Origin: Octopus vulgaris | Taxonomy: Eukaryota | DNA: 64,000 nt | Direction: 5' to 3' | Assembly (NCBI GenBank): GCA_951406725.2 | Contig: OX597815.1 | Span: 177,010,001-177,074,000, forward strand | Shown here: positions 36,604 through 49,795 of the stretch, one piece after another | Numbering within the stretch: the stretch's first letter is position 1 | Layout of the letters: each line of letters begins with the position of its first letter | Program-made: the position numbers and the translations under genes | The notes under the pieces: model-generated | Database searches by the model: none | What the model was told of the DNA's origin: nothing | The model's input: the letters and a program-made list of their open reading frames with translations, nothing else

Positions 36604-37485
36604 CTATTAATTATTATTATTATAATAGAAAGAATGATAGTATAAAACGTTTAACGTTCTGATTTCACAAACTGCCGAAGCTAACTTTGTCTGTCAACGG
36701 TAGAGATTCGATGAAAGTAAGAGTCAAAAAATGGCTCTAATTAAAGCCAGAAGAAGCATCCATTGAAAAATGGCGGCCTTTCAATGAATTTAGAAATTAA
36801 GAATATTGAACGCAAAACCGTTGCGTAAAATATTTTTGCTATCGCGGTTCTGACGTCGGGACATAGTTTGAGTAATTGAGTGAAAACACTCAGCTCACTT
36901 TCCACTGAGCTACATATCAGCCTTTCTCTGAGCAATGAAGTACAGCCCTGAATCTAAATGCCCAAATCTTCCCACTCCGCCATCACCAATGTTTTTAACT
37001 GTTCACTTTCCACCAATTGACTGCCTTATTCAACATTAGTCGCATCAATCATCCTGAATTATTCACCTTCAAACTAAACTCTTATACTAACTGGGATTTC
37101 ATTTCTATTGCAAAAGAGCGAATGATGAATTCTCTTTCGAAATGATTTGTCTTCGCGCTGATAACCTCATTAATCACTCTTTTACTAATCATAATTAATT
37201 TAAGTGGCTTCATTCGTCTTTAGTTGCGATAAAATCATTGTCAGTAGCCTCGAATTGCGGTCGCTGCTTCTTCTTCATCATCATCATCATCATCATCTCG
37301 GACCACGTTATTGCTGTCAATGTCGTCGTCGGAATTAGCAGAAAAGTCGATCACCACCCGGATTGTATTGTAATATTGATGAGCATTTTGTAAGGTTCAC
37401 ACAACTGCAATAAAAGATTACTAAACCTAGTGTGTATTCAAACTGTCATCGAATACACACACACACGCACCACAGACATCTCTCG

Positions 37486-37534
<49 letters not shown>

Positions 37535-37571
37535 GTATACATACACATACACACAGAAAGTTATATATAAG

Positions 37572-37870
37572 ATGCATGGATCAGTGGTTAGAATTGAGGT
37601 AGGGAGTTCGATTCCCGGACCCCGGCTGTGTGTTGCGTTCTTGAGCAAGACACTTTATTTCACATTGCTCCAGTTCACTCAGCTATAGAAATGAGTTGCG
37701 ATGTCACTGGTGCCAAGCTGTATCGGCCCCTTTGCCGTTTCCTTGCACAACAGTAGTGGCATGAAGAAGGGAGGATGATATGCATGGGCGACTGCTGGTC
37801 TTCCATAAACAACCTTGTTGGGACTTGTGCCTAAGAAGAAAAATTTCTAGGTGCATCACATGATCATTGA
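37572..37870 (+). mobile_element. tRNA-derived SINE family 4 with RTE-like tail
   Basis: GGTTAG..GAGTTCGATTCCC head; CTTGAGCAAGACACTTTATTTCAC core; tail GGCGACTGCTGGTCTTCCATAAACAACC; inverted copy at 47693-48030. Confidence 0.8.
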
Positions 37871-37903
37871 TAATATATACCCTTTATATATATATATATA
37901 TAT

Positions 37904-38230
37904 GGAGGCGCAATGGCTCATTGGTTAAGACAGCGGGCTCGCGTTTGTAGGATCGCAGTTTCGATTCCCAGACCGGGCATTTTGAGTGTCTATTGAGCGA
38001 AAACACCTAAAGCTCCACGAAGCACCGGCAGGGGGGGGGGGAACTCTGCTCTACTCTTTCTCTCGCTCTTTCTTTCTGTTTTTGTTGTACTTGTATTTCA
38101 AAAGGCCAGCTTTGTTACACTGTGTTACGCTGAATCTCCCCGAGAACTACGTAAAGGGTACACGTGTCTGTGGAGTACTCAACCACTTGCAGATTAATTT
38201 CACGAGAAGGCTGTTCTAGTCGTAACCGAC
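37904..38230 (+). mobile_element. SINE family 3 (third tail type)
   Basis: GGAGGCGCAATGGCTCATTGGTTAAG..TTCGATTCCCAGACCGGGC..GAGCGAAAACACCTAAAGCTCCACG. Confidence 0.88.
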
Positions 38231-38245
38231 TGAATATCACGATAA

Positions 38246-38463
38246 GGCGGCGATCTGGCAGAAACGTTAGCACGCCGGGCGAAACGCTCAACGGTATTTC
38301 GTCTGCCGCTACGTTCTGAGTTCAAATTCCGCCGAGGTCGACTTCGCCTTTCATCCTTTTAAGTACCAGTTACGCACTGGGGTCGATATTATCGACTTAA
38401 TCCGTTTGTCTGTCCTTGTTTGTCCTCTCTGTGTTTAACCCCTTGTGGGTAGTAAAGAAATAG
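38246..38463 (+). mobile_element. SINE family 1
   Basis: Near-identical to 3012-3243 with a small core deletion. Confidence 0.92.
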
Positions 38464-38699
38464 ATACATATATGCATACAATAGTGTCATACATATACAC
38501 ACGTACAATCACACACAAGCTAAACGCGTCCAGTAGCTTTATATACATACGTATTTGCCCTGAAACACACACGTACACGCGCAAACAAAGGCACACATAT
38601 TCACGCACACATCAGCTTCATATACTCGCATGCTTATTCACACACACACACACATTCCAGCTCCCTGTTAGCCCTCCTTGAGATCCACGCCTTCAACGC

Positions 38700-38890
38700 A
38701 GTTGTTTCTCATCACTAGAGACACGCTTGTTCTTTTCTCATTATTCTTGTCTCCTTTCATCTACTCTTTCTGTCGAATAGCACCGATTCGAAACTTTAAA
38801 GATTTCTTCCAGTTTTCCTGACCGTCAACCGAACACACCTTTATTATTATTCTTTTATACCTCACACACATGTTTTTGTTTTATTTTTTG
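38700..38890 (+). mobile_element. HHR element family A, degenerate
   Basis: TCTTT-CTGTCGA(38770)..GAAA-CT-TT-AAAGA..CCTGACCGTC. Confidence 0.6.
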
Positions 38891-39009
38891 TACGAGTCAT
38901 ACGCGCGCGCATACACACACACACACGTGTGTGTGTGTGTACAAAGTAGCTTCGTAGCAGGTGATAAGTCAATTATATTACAGTAACTAACTGGCAATTA
39001 CTTTATTTA

Positions 39010-39208
39010 TTTTGTTATTGCCCACAGGGGGCTAAACATAGAGGGGAGAAACAAGAAATGTAAAAGGGATTAAGCCGATTACATCGACCCCAGTGCGGGA
39101 GGAAAGGCAAAGTCAACCGCGGCGAAGTTTGAATACAGAACGTAACGGCAGACGAAATACCACTAAGCATTTCGCCCGGCGTGTTAACGATTCAGCCAGC
39201 TCGCCGCC
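39010..39208 (-). mobile_element. SINE family 1
   Basis: Ends GCCCGGCGTGTTAACGATTCAGCCAGCTCGCCGCC, the reverse complement of the head. Confidence 0.9.
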
Positions 39209-39227
39209 CTAGGTTTTCTTCTTTTTA

Positions 39228-39405
39228 AGGAGTGAGAGAAAGTTGTGACGAAAGAATCAGCAGAGGTTCGCCATTATCCTCTGCCGGTGCCACGTGGAGC
39301 TTAGGTGTTTAGCTTATAAACATACACAACGCCCGCTCTGAGATTCGAACCCGCGATCCTTCGATCGCGAGTCGGCTATTCTAATCACTAAGCCATGTGT
39401 CTCCA
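39228..39405 (-). mobile_element. SINE family 3, head part
   Basis: GAGTGAGAGAAAGTTGT..GGAGCTTAGGTGTTT..CACAACGCCCG..CGCGATCC. Confidence 0.82.
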
Positions 39406-41137
39406 CTGGTACTTATTTTATTGACCGCAAAAGGATGAAAGGCACAGTCTTAATTTCCCAGAAGAGAAAACATAACGAAGACAAAACTGTGCCATTGGGA
39501 TGAAGAAGAAAGGGGGAGCCGTAGCGACAGGAGAAGAGCAACACTAATAATTCATTCTTTTATTGGTCACAAGGGCTTCCATCGAAAGACATATCAGGAC
39601 GATACCACGAGTCTGAAAAATGTGTAAACAAAAATAATAAAAATTAAGAGCAACACTAATAATAATAATAATAATAATAAAAATATCAGAAATAAATAAC
39701 AAAATCAGTATCAGTAATGACAGCAATAATATCAACAGTAAAATTAGCAACAACAACAACATCAGCAGTGGTAGCAGCACTAGTAACTATTTGTGTTCTT
39801 GTCTGCAACTGCTGTCCATTCAATTATGTACCTCAATAATTCAGGCTGAAGGATAGTGAAACAATATCTCCACTAGCAATGCATTTAACAAAACATCTGA
39901 CACAGACGTTTTGTATTTGGGTGAAGTTCTTTTCTCTTTGTTTTTCTTTATTTTATGTTTCTCTTTTCAGTTATTATTATTTCTCCATGACGGAGAAATA
40001 ATAATAACCGCCATTAGTATTAATTTATTTATTACAACATACAAACAGATTTTGTGTAGAAGCTGGAATATGCGGGCAATAAAACTCTACCCTTTGGGTT
40101 CAGCGTAATCCTGAAATGGAAAGCAAATAAGCAATTTTTATCCTTTGTCTGTGTGCAAATGTATGTATATGTATAGGAGCATTCGTATGTATATTTATGC
40201 GTCTATTGACACATCTGAATATGCGTCTGTTTGTCAACCTAATAGGCGTTCGCCTTTACTAACTTTTTTTTTTCCCAGTCGTGCAGCCAACATGGCGGCA
40301 TTAGCAATAGTAGCTTTTAATGGCCGGTCGGTTCTGTCGTTGTTTGTCCTGAACGAATACTTGAGAAAGAAGGCGATAGATAGACAGATAAATAGCTACA
40401 GAGAGAGAGAGCGGGGGGACAGCGAGTGAATTGAAAACAAATAAGAAATTAGAATGAGTAAATGAACAAAAAATATGAAAAGAATTAGAAGAAATCGGAG
40501 AAAATGAGAGAGAATTATAGAAACTTGATAATGCATAGTAGAATGCCTGTTTGTTTCATGATAATGTTCCAGTTGTAAGACATATAATAAATCTGTCAAA
40601 GAGATTGTTGTCACGATAGCTAGCGATCATGGTTACAGCATTGTCTTATTTTTTTCTTTTCGTAATACAACCATTATTTCTCACGTTTATTTAAGGCAAA
40701 AGGAACTTCGTTCAAAGAACACACACACACACAGTAGCATACATGCATACACACACACACATAAATATATATATGTGTTCATGTTTTTGTGTGCGTGGTG
40801 GGGGCGGTTAAGTTTTTATTCAGCAACGCTTAGGCTCAGGTTCCTTCTTAGTGCCTTGCGATTGAAATTGGTAGACAGAATCTATGAATCCACGTGGTGA
40901 GTGTGTGTGTGTGCGTATGTATATCCATACATATTTCGAGAGACAGAGAGAGGGAGAAATAGAGAGACAAACAGACAGAAATCGGAAGACTAAGAAATAA
41001 GTTAACGTTTTTACAAGACTGATAATTCCATTGTATGTCTGTAAATATAATTACGCTAGAGAATGTATAAATATAACATTTTATTGCGTATATATATATA
41101 TATATATAAATATAAATTTGTTTACACATTCCTCCTG

Positions 41138-41295
41138 ATTCGCCATGATAGATCGCTAGCCACTGCACATTTTTATTTTCTCTCCTTGTTTCTTTCTCTG
41201 TTCCTTTCTGTGGAAACGCTCTTCTCGAGCGTTATACTAATACATCTGTTTGCTGTCTACACCACCTGTCTTCGTCTTTTTTTTTTTTGAATTCT

Positions 41296-41300
<5 letters not shown>
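41138..41300 (+). mobile_element. HHR element family A with stem II deleted
   Basis: ATTCGCCATGATAGATCG..CCTTTCTGTG-GAAACG..CGAGCGTTATACTAATACATCTG..(TA)n. Confidence 0.72.
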
Positions 41301-41339
<39 letters not shown>

Positions 41340-41769
41340 CTGATGTATATAAGTGCAAAAGAATCTCTGTATTCTCTATAACCTTTTGGTATATAGATGG
41401 TCATTGTGACCATCTAGCATTGACCTAGTTTTCTTGATACAAAATATATGTTTGCCAAATAGCAATAAACAACATCTAAGGCATTATAATCTCCTTTCTA
41501 CTTTAATTTCTTTAGAAATAACTTCTGACATTTATTTCACCCCGACCTACTTCTATAAATAGAAAACCTCTTTTGTCTCCATTCAACTGAATATCCTTCC
41601 CCACCTTCTAGCAGTTCAAAATAACTTAAAGAATATTCTTCAGTCAGAAGATAAATTCTATTACCTTAATGTTCTTAAAATTCAAATCGACATCTCTGTC
41701 TATATAATGTTATCAATTCTTTATAATGTTATCAATTAATATGAAAATATGTATTAATGGAAAACCTCT

Positions 41770-41895
41770 CTAAATGCCTGATGATTGCTCAACATTTTAA
41801 AACTGTTGTAATACTTACAATGTTTAATAAAATGATGTAGCGTGAAACGGTCGTACCAAATTACCGAAGATATTCTTGTTGATTATTTTGATTTT
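41770..41895 (+). ncRNA. HHR motif with long stem II at 3' end of a PLE-like fragment
   Basis: CTGATGA(41778)-TTGCTCAACATTTTA..TAAAATGATGTAGCGT-GAAA-CGGTCG-TA; tail then (TA)n; stem I poorly paired. Confidence 0.6.
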
Positions 41896-42094
41896 ATATA
41901 TATATATATATATATGTATGTCTTGCAAGTGAAAGACGGAGGATGAAATATACGTATATATATGCGCCAAATAAACACATGCACCATGTATATTTTCTTC
42001 ATTCATTTATTACTGTTTTTATTTTATTATTATTAAGATGATACACACCTTAGAAGAACAGAAGGGGGTAAGTGGAACAGGAACACACGCGAAA

Positions 42095-42150
42095 ACGAAA
42101 TGTGTCGCTGAAGAGGTCACAGATGTGTGACAAAATATTTGCGGACGTGA
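42095..42150 (+). ncRNA. Degenerate HHR motif
   Basis: CTGAAGA-G-GTCACA GATG TGTGAC-AAAA-TATT; perfect 6-bp stem II, GAAA mutated. Confidence 0.45.
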
Positions 42151-42259
42151 GTTAAAATAATAAAATAAGAACAGTAATAAACGAGTGAAGAAGAAATATG
42201 TAGTGCGCGTGCTTATTTGGCAAAAAAATAAAACAAAACAAAAAAGACCATTCCGAAAT

Positions 42260-42303
<44 letters not shown>

Positions 42304-42344
42304 CATATATACATATATACATACATATATATATACAGAGAGAG

Positions 42345-42440
42345 AGAGAGAGAATTCACAAAAAGAAAAGACGAAAACAGTTGGTGTAGACAACAAACAA
42401 ATGTATTAGTTTAACGCTCGGGAAGTGAAAAAATCTTTGC
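42345..42440 (-). mobile_element. HHR element family A, 3' part only
   Basis: Reverse complement TTCCCGAGCGTTAAACTAATACATTTGTTTG..CACCAACTGTTTTCGTCTTTT. Confidence 0.75.
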
Positions 42441-42579
42441 TGTAGGCTATCTTTTATACCAAGACAAAACAATGTCCATAATAGCACTTCCAATCAGTTA
42501 AGACCAGAAACCATGAGAGCCAATGCCTCTTACAACATCAGAGTATTTATTATCATTATATATCATTATTGTTGTTATT

Positions 42580-43360
42580 CTGAAAGACTCTCGGATAGTT
42601 AATTACCGGTTATTCTTTACTTGAAATCAGGCAATAACAAATCACCAAAAGTTTCAAGTAGTGCCTTCCCCTCAGACTCAGAGACAATATTCTCCTTAGA
42701 ATGCGACCTGTACCCAGCAATGCTGACTTTTGGATCACCTCGAGCCTGACAGCAGATCTAATATTCTTAATATGTTTCAAAGCCCTTGGAAACTACTCCT
42801 AATGCTCCAATTACCACCGTTATCACCTTTACTTTCCTCTTGCCCCATAACTTTCCTATCTCGTGTCGCGGTGGCTGGTATTTCTCAATCTTTTCTGTTT
42901 CCTTACATTTCACCCTCGAATCACCTGGTATTGCAACATCTATCATCTTTACTTCTTTTTCATCTTTATGTATGAGAATGATATCTGGTCATCTTGCCTC
43001 TATGACTTTGTTGCACTGCATGTTAAAATCCCAGAATATTTTGTAATGTTTGCTTTCCATTATTCTTTCTGCCTTGTGTTCATACCATTGTTTGACTCTC
43101 TCGTGGTTTGCTTTACCACACAACATCCAGTGGACATATCTGGCCACATTGTCGTACCTCCTTTTGTATTGGCGTGGTGCGAGCTTACAGCAGCCACTAA
43201 CAATATGGCTAATACCATCTCCCTTCTCAGAGTACATCATACACTGTGGCGAGTCAGTGTTTTTATCAATCTGGTCTTGGGGTGAACCTGTGTTGTGTTT
43301 GTCTTTCGTAGAATGAATGCAACATAACTTGTTTGTATCATGTTTATATCTCCGCAAAGC
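42580..43360 (-). mobile_element. Dong/R4-clade LINE fragment (zinc knuckle + RLE)
   Basis: PQCMMY..ISHIVSGCCKLAPRQYKRRYDNVARYVHWMLC..WYEHKAE..IFWDFNMQC; RPD and K..KY downstream; 3' end matches 36253. Confidence 0.92.
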
Positions 43361-44109
43361 AGAATTTACCGTTCACTCCATCGATGTTTTCATTTTCTGC
43401 TTTGTTGTCATATTGCAACAGATGTATCAGGTTTTATATGCTGTATATAATTACTGTACACAGCGTATTTAATTAATACGTTCAAAACAAGTAAATTGGA
43501 GAACCACATTGAAAAATGAAATAAAAACAAAATGAAAATAAGCTCCACTCGCTACAGAAAAATTACATATAAATACTTAGTTATAAGGTAAAAATTGATA
43601 TGGACATTTTCGGAAGATCGATAAATTGCAACAAAGTTAAAGAGAAATATTAACATTAAATTATCAATAATTTCGATTTTAATGGATATATATACTGTTA
43701 TTCGATTATAAATCAATTATATATGTATTCCAGTAAAATATTTTCTATGTTTTTAAATCTTTATTTTCCGAGTGACTTTTATTGATTTCTGTGCCGCGAA
43801 AATAATCAAAACTTATTGGTTATAGTAAGGCGTTATATTTATTAATTATATTTATTAATCTACTTTATCTTATCGGAAATTAGTAATAATTTTCTTATCG
43901 TTAGTTGTTGCTTCTCTTTTAATTTCGAATGTACCTAACGCGTTGAGCGGGGAGTTTCATTATCTGCGGTTAGTATTTCCTTTCGAGGTTATTGGATATT
44001 GAATTTTGAAAAATCGATTGTTACTGTTTTGCCTCCCTATGCAACAACTAATTATGATATTTACAATAACAGCAACAAAACCGTTTTGGTAACGTTAAGA
44101 TCATATTTT

Positions 44110-44330
44110 TCGTCTTTTGCTCGCTTCAGTCATTAGGTTGCGGCCATGCTGGTGCACCGTATTACAGAGGTTTTAGTTGAAGAAATCGACCCTTGTACGT
44201 TTTCTAAAGCCTGCTACTTATTTTGTCGTTCCCATTTGGCCGAGCCGTTAAGTTACGGGGACGTAAAGACACAAACACCAGTTGTCAAGCAGTGTTGGAG
44301 ACTAAACACAAACTGAAAAATATGCACACA
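44110..44330 (-). mobile_element. SINE family 2, 3' part
   Basis: GCGGCCATGCTGG..AAGTTACGGGGACGTAAA..GTTGTCAAGCAGTG. Confidence 0.78.
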
Positions 44331-44504
44331 CACACTCATATATATAATGAATATATGAATATATATGTGTATATATATATATGTGTGTGTGTGTATATAC
44401 ATATGTATATATATATATGTGTATATAAATACGTATGTATATATATATATATATGTTTATATAAATATGCATGCATGTGTATCTATCTTTCTATCTCTAT
44501 GTAT

Positions 44505-44646
44505 ATATATCATAAATAATATAGATATGTATATATATCATATAAATAATATAGATATGTATATATATCATATAAGTAATATAGATATGTATATATATCA
44601 TATAAATAATATAGATATATATATGTATATATATATCATATAAATA
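44505..44646. repeat. 30-bp minisatellite
   Basis: ATAAATAATATAGATATGTATATATATCAT about 4.5 times. Confidence 0.9.
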
Positions 44647-44794
44647 ACCAGGACTGCCATGTTATCTTGGCAAACAATATTTACTCTAATTTGCATCATG
44701 CTGGTTTCAGCAAAAAGATAGACCATGAACAAAAATAAACAAATAATTAAATAAATAAAAGAAGCGAAAGTATATTATCAACATTCATAATACT

Positions 44795-45215
44795 TTCTGA
44801 ACGTCCTACTTCCCGGGCATTAAAGCCCCGGCAGCTGACACCTACAATGCTATCCATCGCCTTTCCAAACTTAGGCATCTTTTGAATTCAATACTTCAAA
44901 CACTCGTGGACATACGTACAATATCACAAGGCAACACACAACCAATGATTATCGAAACCCAGATTGCTGAAGCAGGGAATAAACTACCTGCATCAGTTGT
45001 TAGCTGTCGAGATACTACATCCATAAAAATTTCCATGCTTCCTGATATTCGCCAAAATACACCTGATGCCCCCATATCCGTCTCTTCTTCTTTTGAAGTC
45101 TTATTCACTGTTCAATTCTTGTGCATATTCTATCTACTGTCCATGAACACTCTTGGCTACTTTTTATGATGAGTTGTACTGCACCTAAGCACTGCATACA
45201 ATAAGCGCATTATTA
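44795..45215 (+). mobile_element. CR1/L2-group LINE 3' end
   Basis: TRGHTYNITR (about 44902) and AGNKLPASVVSCRDTTSIK resemble CR1 TRGH..KL..WN.LP..VV....F; tail TTGTACTGCACCTAAGCACTG..(ATT)n. Confidence 0.7.
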
Positions 45216-45225
45216 TTATTATTAT

Positions 45226-45811
45226 TGAGTGAGAGAGCAGCGCATGCCATCAAAGTGACACTGGGATAAAAAAAAAAGAAGCCCAATATACACATCATAA
45301 CTACTCTTCTGATAATGATACACAAGGCACATGCATCACAACAAAAGATGCACGACATCGCGATCTCATATCAAGATAAACAGCGCATAATCTCGTAGAT
45401 TGTGCGCTTGTTTATCATCCTCGGAGAGGGAGCTCAGTTAGAATTTTCTTGAGGTTGAGTCTCTAATCCCGCTCAAAAGATCCCTGAATAAGGTTTCTTT
45501 AAGGATGATGAACAAAACATCCATGTTTCCAGAGATGAATTATTCAAACCTCAAAGAATTCCTCTCAACACATGGCTATGATGCCCCTCACTACTTCTGC
45601 ACGTGATCAGAGATGCACATATAGTCAGCCACTAAGGGACATGCTGAACTAGTTAAGGTCAAACAACTGACAAGCAAATCTATGGTATCGAGCAGAATAT
45701 TTGCTGTAGCCTATCTTTTATACCAAAACAAAACAATGTACATGATAACACTTCCAATCTGTTAAGATCAGAAGCCATGAGAGCCACTGCCTGGTACTGC
45801 ATCAGGGCAGT
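45226..45811 (-). mobile_element. Non-coding (TAA)n-associated element
   Basis: Flanked by (ATT)n; left end recurs at 9563-9588 and right end at 42436-42545. Strand assumed from the Dong/R4 orientation. Confidence 0.65.
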
Positions 45812-46699
45812 TATTATTATTATTATTATTATTTCAATTTTCTTTGTTTCCTACCTAGCTATACAAGTCCTACTTTACCTATTTGTCTCTCTGTTCACCA
45901 ACTTTTCCAGTTTCGCTCACATTTTAAAAAATAAACTTTCAACCCGAATTCAATTTCTAAGGATGAAAGTTTAAAATTTACATTACGTTTTGTTCCTTCG
46001 AAAGGACATATCGTGTTTTCTCACAATGTGGAAATCGTATTTTGCAATTTTTCAACTCTATGGATTTCATCCACTTAGAAACTTTTTTACTTTAACTTAA
46101 AGTCCGTACTTTTTCACTCCTACTCCTCTCACTTTCACTCTCTTTCTCTCACTCTCTCGTTAGTAGTTTCTCTGCCATCGGTTTGTCTTTCACTTTCTAT
46201 CATAATGACTATATCTTCTACTCTATTTATTCACACAGTATGTCTGACTACACGCCGTAAATTCTGAAGATAGAAAATTATTCCGCGTTTTGATCGTGTT
46301 GCTGCGCATGAGTGTATGCATGTGCCTGTATTATTTCTTTGATTTTCTCCCTCCCCTGTCTCTATTGGTATACATGTACATAAGCACGTGTGTGTCTGTG
46401 TATACACACACACGTATATATAATTAAAAAAAAACTGGCGTTTAATATTACAGCTAGTGTTTGAGCTGCAGAATCTATTCAAATAAAGATTTGCTGTTTG
46501 CAGAGATATATCCTGGTGTGGGTGGTTTATCTGGAATCTGTTTGTGATTTCACTGTTGTTTATATCTGGCGTATCGGATAAGAAACGTTAAAAATCTGTG
46601 TTGGCTGTAATTTCTTTAGAAAATCTGTAGAAATAACCTTAACAAATGATGTAATAGCACTGCTAACATAGTAGAACACAGTATTGTGTGGAATGCATG

Positions 46700-46818
46700 A
46701 GATGCAACCACATGGTTCTGGGTTCCGTCCTACTGTGTGGCACTCTGGGCTAGTGTCTTATAATCTTGACCTCGTGCTTTCATTTGGGAGACGGAAACTG
46801 AATGAAGGCTGTTGTGTG

Positions 46819-46850
<32 letters not shown>

Positions 46851-47105
46851 GTGTGTGTGTATATGTGTGTATGTGTGTGTGTAGGGGAGATTGTGGTCAT
46901 GTGTCTTTGTGTATATTCTCTGCCATCACTCGATGAGGGCACTGGTTTATTTACGCCTCCGTAATTTAGCGGTTCCACAAAAGAGACTGACAGGATAAGT
47001 ACCAAACTCTGAAATATATATTCAGGTCAATTTGTTCGAAGCAAACATTCAAGGTGGTGCCCCAGCATAGTCGCTGTCGAATGTGTGAAGCATGGAAATG
47101 ATAAA
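46700..47105 (+). mobile_element. SINE family 2, degenerate (inverted partial copy follows at about 47170-47280)
   Basis: CAACCACATGGTTC..GACGGAAACTG..(TA/TG)..GGTGCCCCAGCAT. Confidence 0.8.
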
Positions 47106-47420
47106 ACATACAGACAATATTTATGTATTTATTTTTATTTTTACATTTCCCTTTATTTTTATGTAGACCTATTTAAGTCTGGTGCTTATTTTATTGGTCT
47201 TCCTTTGCCGAACCGTTGAAAACAAAGAAACGAATACTTGCTATCAAACGTTGATGGAGGGCAAACACAGATACACACACAAGCGTGCGCATGCATGCAC
47301 AGACACACACATACGTGGGTACACAAAGAAGTACTCGAATATCGAATGTAGAGCAATATCCTTTTGCTCAAGATTTTGAAGATGATTTCACCTTTGATAA
47401 AGTATATATATATATATATA

Positions 47421-47652
47421 TCAATTTATAAATTGATATTCAGAACCAGCGAGTAAGTACACTTACTTAGCCACACGCTTAAAGAAGATACCAAATGTGT
47501 CTTAGCTATCTTAAAAACTGTGATATTTTTTTAAGGTAGCTTAGAGTCATTTGGCGTCTTCTTTAAGCATGTGTACTTACTCGCTTGACCTGAATATCAA
47601 TTTATAAATTGAACCTTAACCGCTACATATACAGATTTTATCCTGAATTTTT
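47421..47652. mobile_element. Fold-back element between (TA)n tracts
   Basis: Arms about 47421-47517 / 47527-47612 (TCAATTTATAAATTGATATTCAG..GCTTAAAGAAGA..), short tail then (TA)n. Confidence 0.7.
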
Positions 47653-47692
47653 ATATATATACATATATACGTGTGTGTGTGTGTATGTGTCA

Positions 47693-48030
47693 GTCAAAGA
47701 CCCCCTTCAGTCATGAATGACCATGGGATTACACCTAGAAAGTTCCCCTCCAAGTCACAAGTCCAGGCAAAGTTATTTGTGGAAGACCATCAGTTGCCCA
47801 TGTATACCATCCTCCTGTGCTCCACGCCACCGTTTTTATCCAAGAGAAAGCAAAGGCCGACACACCTTGGCACCAGTGATGTCGCAACTCATTTCTAGAG
47901 CTGTCTGAACTGGAGCAACGTGAAATAAAAAAACTTGCTCAAGAATAGATCACACAGCTTTGTCCGATAATCGAACTCACTATCTCATGATTGTGAACCC
48001 GCCGCTCTAATCACCGAGTCATGTGCCCTG
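47693..48030 (-). mobile_element. SINE family 4
   Basis: Reverse-complement match to 37572-37870 (GGCACCAGTGATGTCGCAACTCATTTC..GGAGCAACGTGAAATAAA). Confidence 0.82.
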
Positions 48031-49496
48031 TGATTTGGGTGTCATGAAAATGCCCTGTAATATCTACTATAATTTAAACTTTATGTTTGGGTCTACAAAA
48101 TGTTGGGTATATGTGTGTGGATGTGTTTGTGTCGTGTGTATATATATATACTTTATATATATATATATAAATATACACATGTGTATATATATGCACATAT
48201 GTGTATCTTATTACATAATATATTTATGCTTATATATTTCATGCGATTGAGAATAATAATTTTTTTCTCATACATTTACAAAATCTGGTGCAAACTCACT
48301 CTTGTAAATATATCCATCCATTCCTCCATTTATCCTTCGGTATATACGTATACATGTATATATATATACACATGTGTGTGTGTGTGAAAATAATATATAA
48401 TATATATAAATATATATGTCTGTGTGTGGTGAGAGAAAGCGAAACGAATTTAGCACATTAGCAAATTTGGAGTACATGCCTGCTGAAATAAGTTGGCCAT
48501 TAAGCAAACAGTTGTTGTCACGTGTCGTGTACTTTGCTTAATTGGTGAAGAAAATGAATTTCCGAATTAACAACTCTATTGTTTACCACACTATGAAGTT
48601 TCATTCAGAACATGAATGGCGAAAAATGTGCGTTTAAATAACGTTTATTTTGTTTTATGAATATTAGTCTATAAAGTAATTGAGATGTTTAAAAACTAAA
48701 ACAGCAAACACAAATAAAAGCGAGTCAATGAATAACGAAATAAGAAATTGATTTTAATTATTTCAATATGATCGAAAGAACTTAATTATAGATTATTTTC
48801 ATTAATATTTCGTTTAATTTAAGAGACATCTGTTTATTTTAGGGTAATTTGAAATATTAATATTTGCACTTTCACAGCTGTGAATGAAATGTGGAGTGTT
48901 GAACAAACACGTGATGAAATATTTGGTTACGAATCTCTTGTTGAGTGGTTCAAATCTACCAAGAAGATTTCGATCTTCATTTCCTTGGTGGTAAAAAAAA
49001 GTATTAGCGATAAACTGACCTCGATTAAATCGGAAAGTTATAGCGTCCTTTTAATGTGAAAATCAATATGGGACCAGTTTGCTACCATCATAGACGAAGG
49101 AATTGTTACATAGAATCTTGTATTTCGCAGTGTTGAATCATTTACATTTACGGTGTTTCTTATTCTTTGAAAACTCATAAACACAACCTATGCCACAATC
49201 TCTCATTGAGTCGTTGTCTCGCTTACATGACACAAAATATTATCAACGCTACTGCAATGCGTGTATGTATTGTTCAGCGACTTTAAGTGATCTGGAACAA
49301 CGGGAGAAACTGTCTTTGTGGAACGAAAACTTTTCTGGGGCAAACCCATTTAAATATTTTCCTCTTGCAAAGGAAATATAAACAAAGAATGAATAAGATA
49401 TAGCAATAAGATTAAAAAACAAAAAGCAAACATAAACTCGTTATGTGTGACTTAAAGCAAGTGGGACGTAGATAATATTATTTGTAGTAATGATGG

Positions 49497-49795
49497 AAGC
49501 AGTCCGTCGGTTACGACGACGATGGTCACAGCTGATACGATCAACGGAACGGCTTGCTCGTGAAATTAAAGTGCAAGTGGGTGAGCACTCCACAGACACG
49601 TGTACCCCTAACGTAGCTCTCAGCGAGATTCAGCGTCACACAGTGTGTGACACGGCTGGCCCTTTGAAATACAAGCACTACTCATTTTTGCCAGCTGAGT
49701 GGACTGGAGCAATGTGAAATAAAGCCACCGAGAATTGAACTCACGACCTTACAATCGTGAGCGCAATGCCCAAACCACTAATCCACGTGCCTTCA
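49497..49795 (-). mobile_element. SINE with family-4-type core and the tail seen at 38090-38220
   Basis: GCTGAGTGGACTGGAGCAATGTGAAATAAAG core plus GAGCACTCCACAGACACGTGTACCC tail. Confidence 0.8.

Noticed and set aside
41340-41770. Possible GIY-YIG coding remnant upstream of HHR
   Set aside because: Largely open frame but no recognisable GIY-YIG motifs.
44505-44646. CRISPR-like 30-bp periodicity
   Set aside because: Head-to-tail units without unique spacers, in a eukaryotic context with no cas genes.
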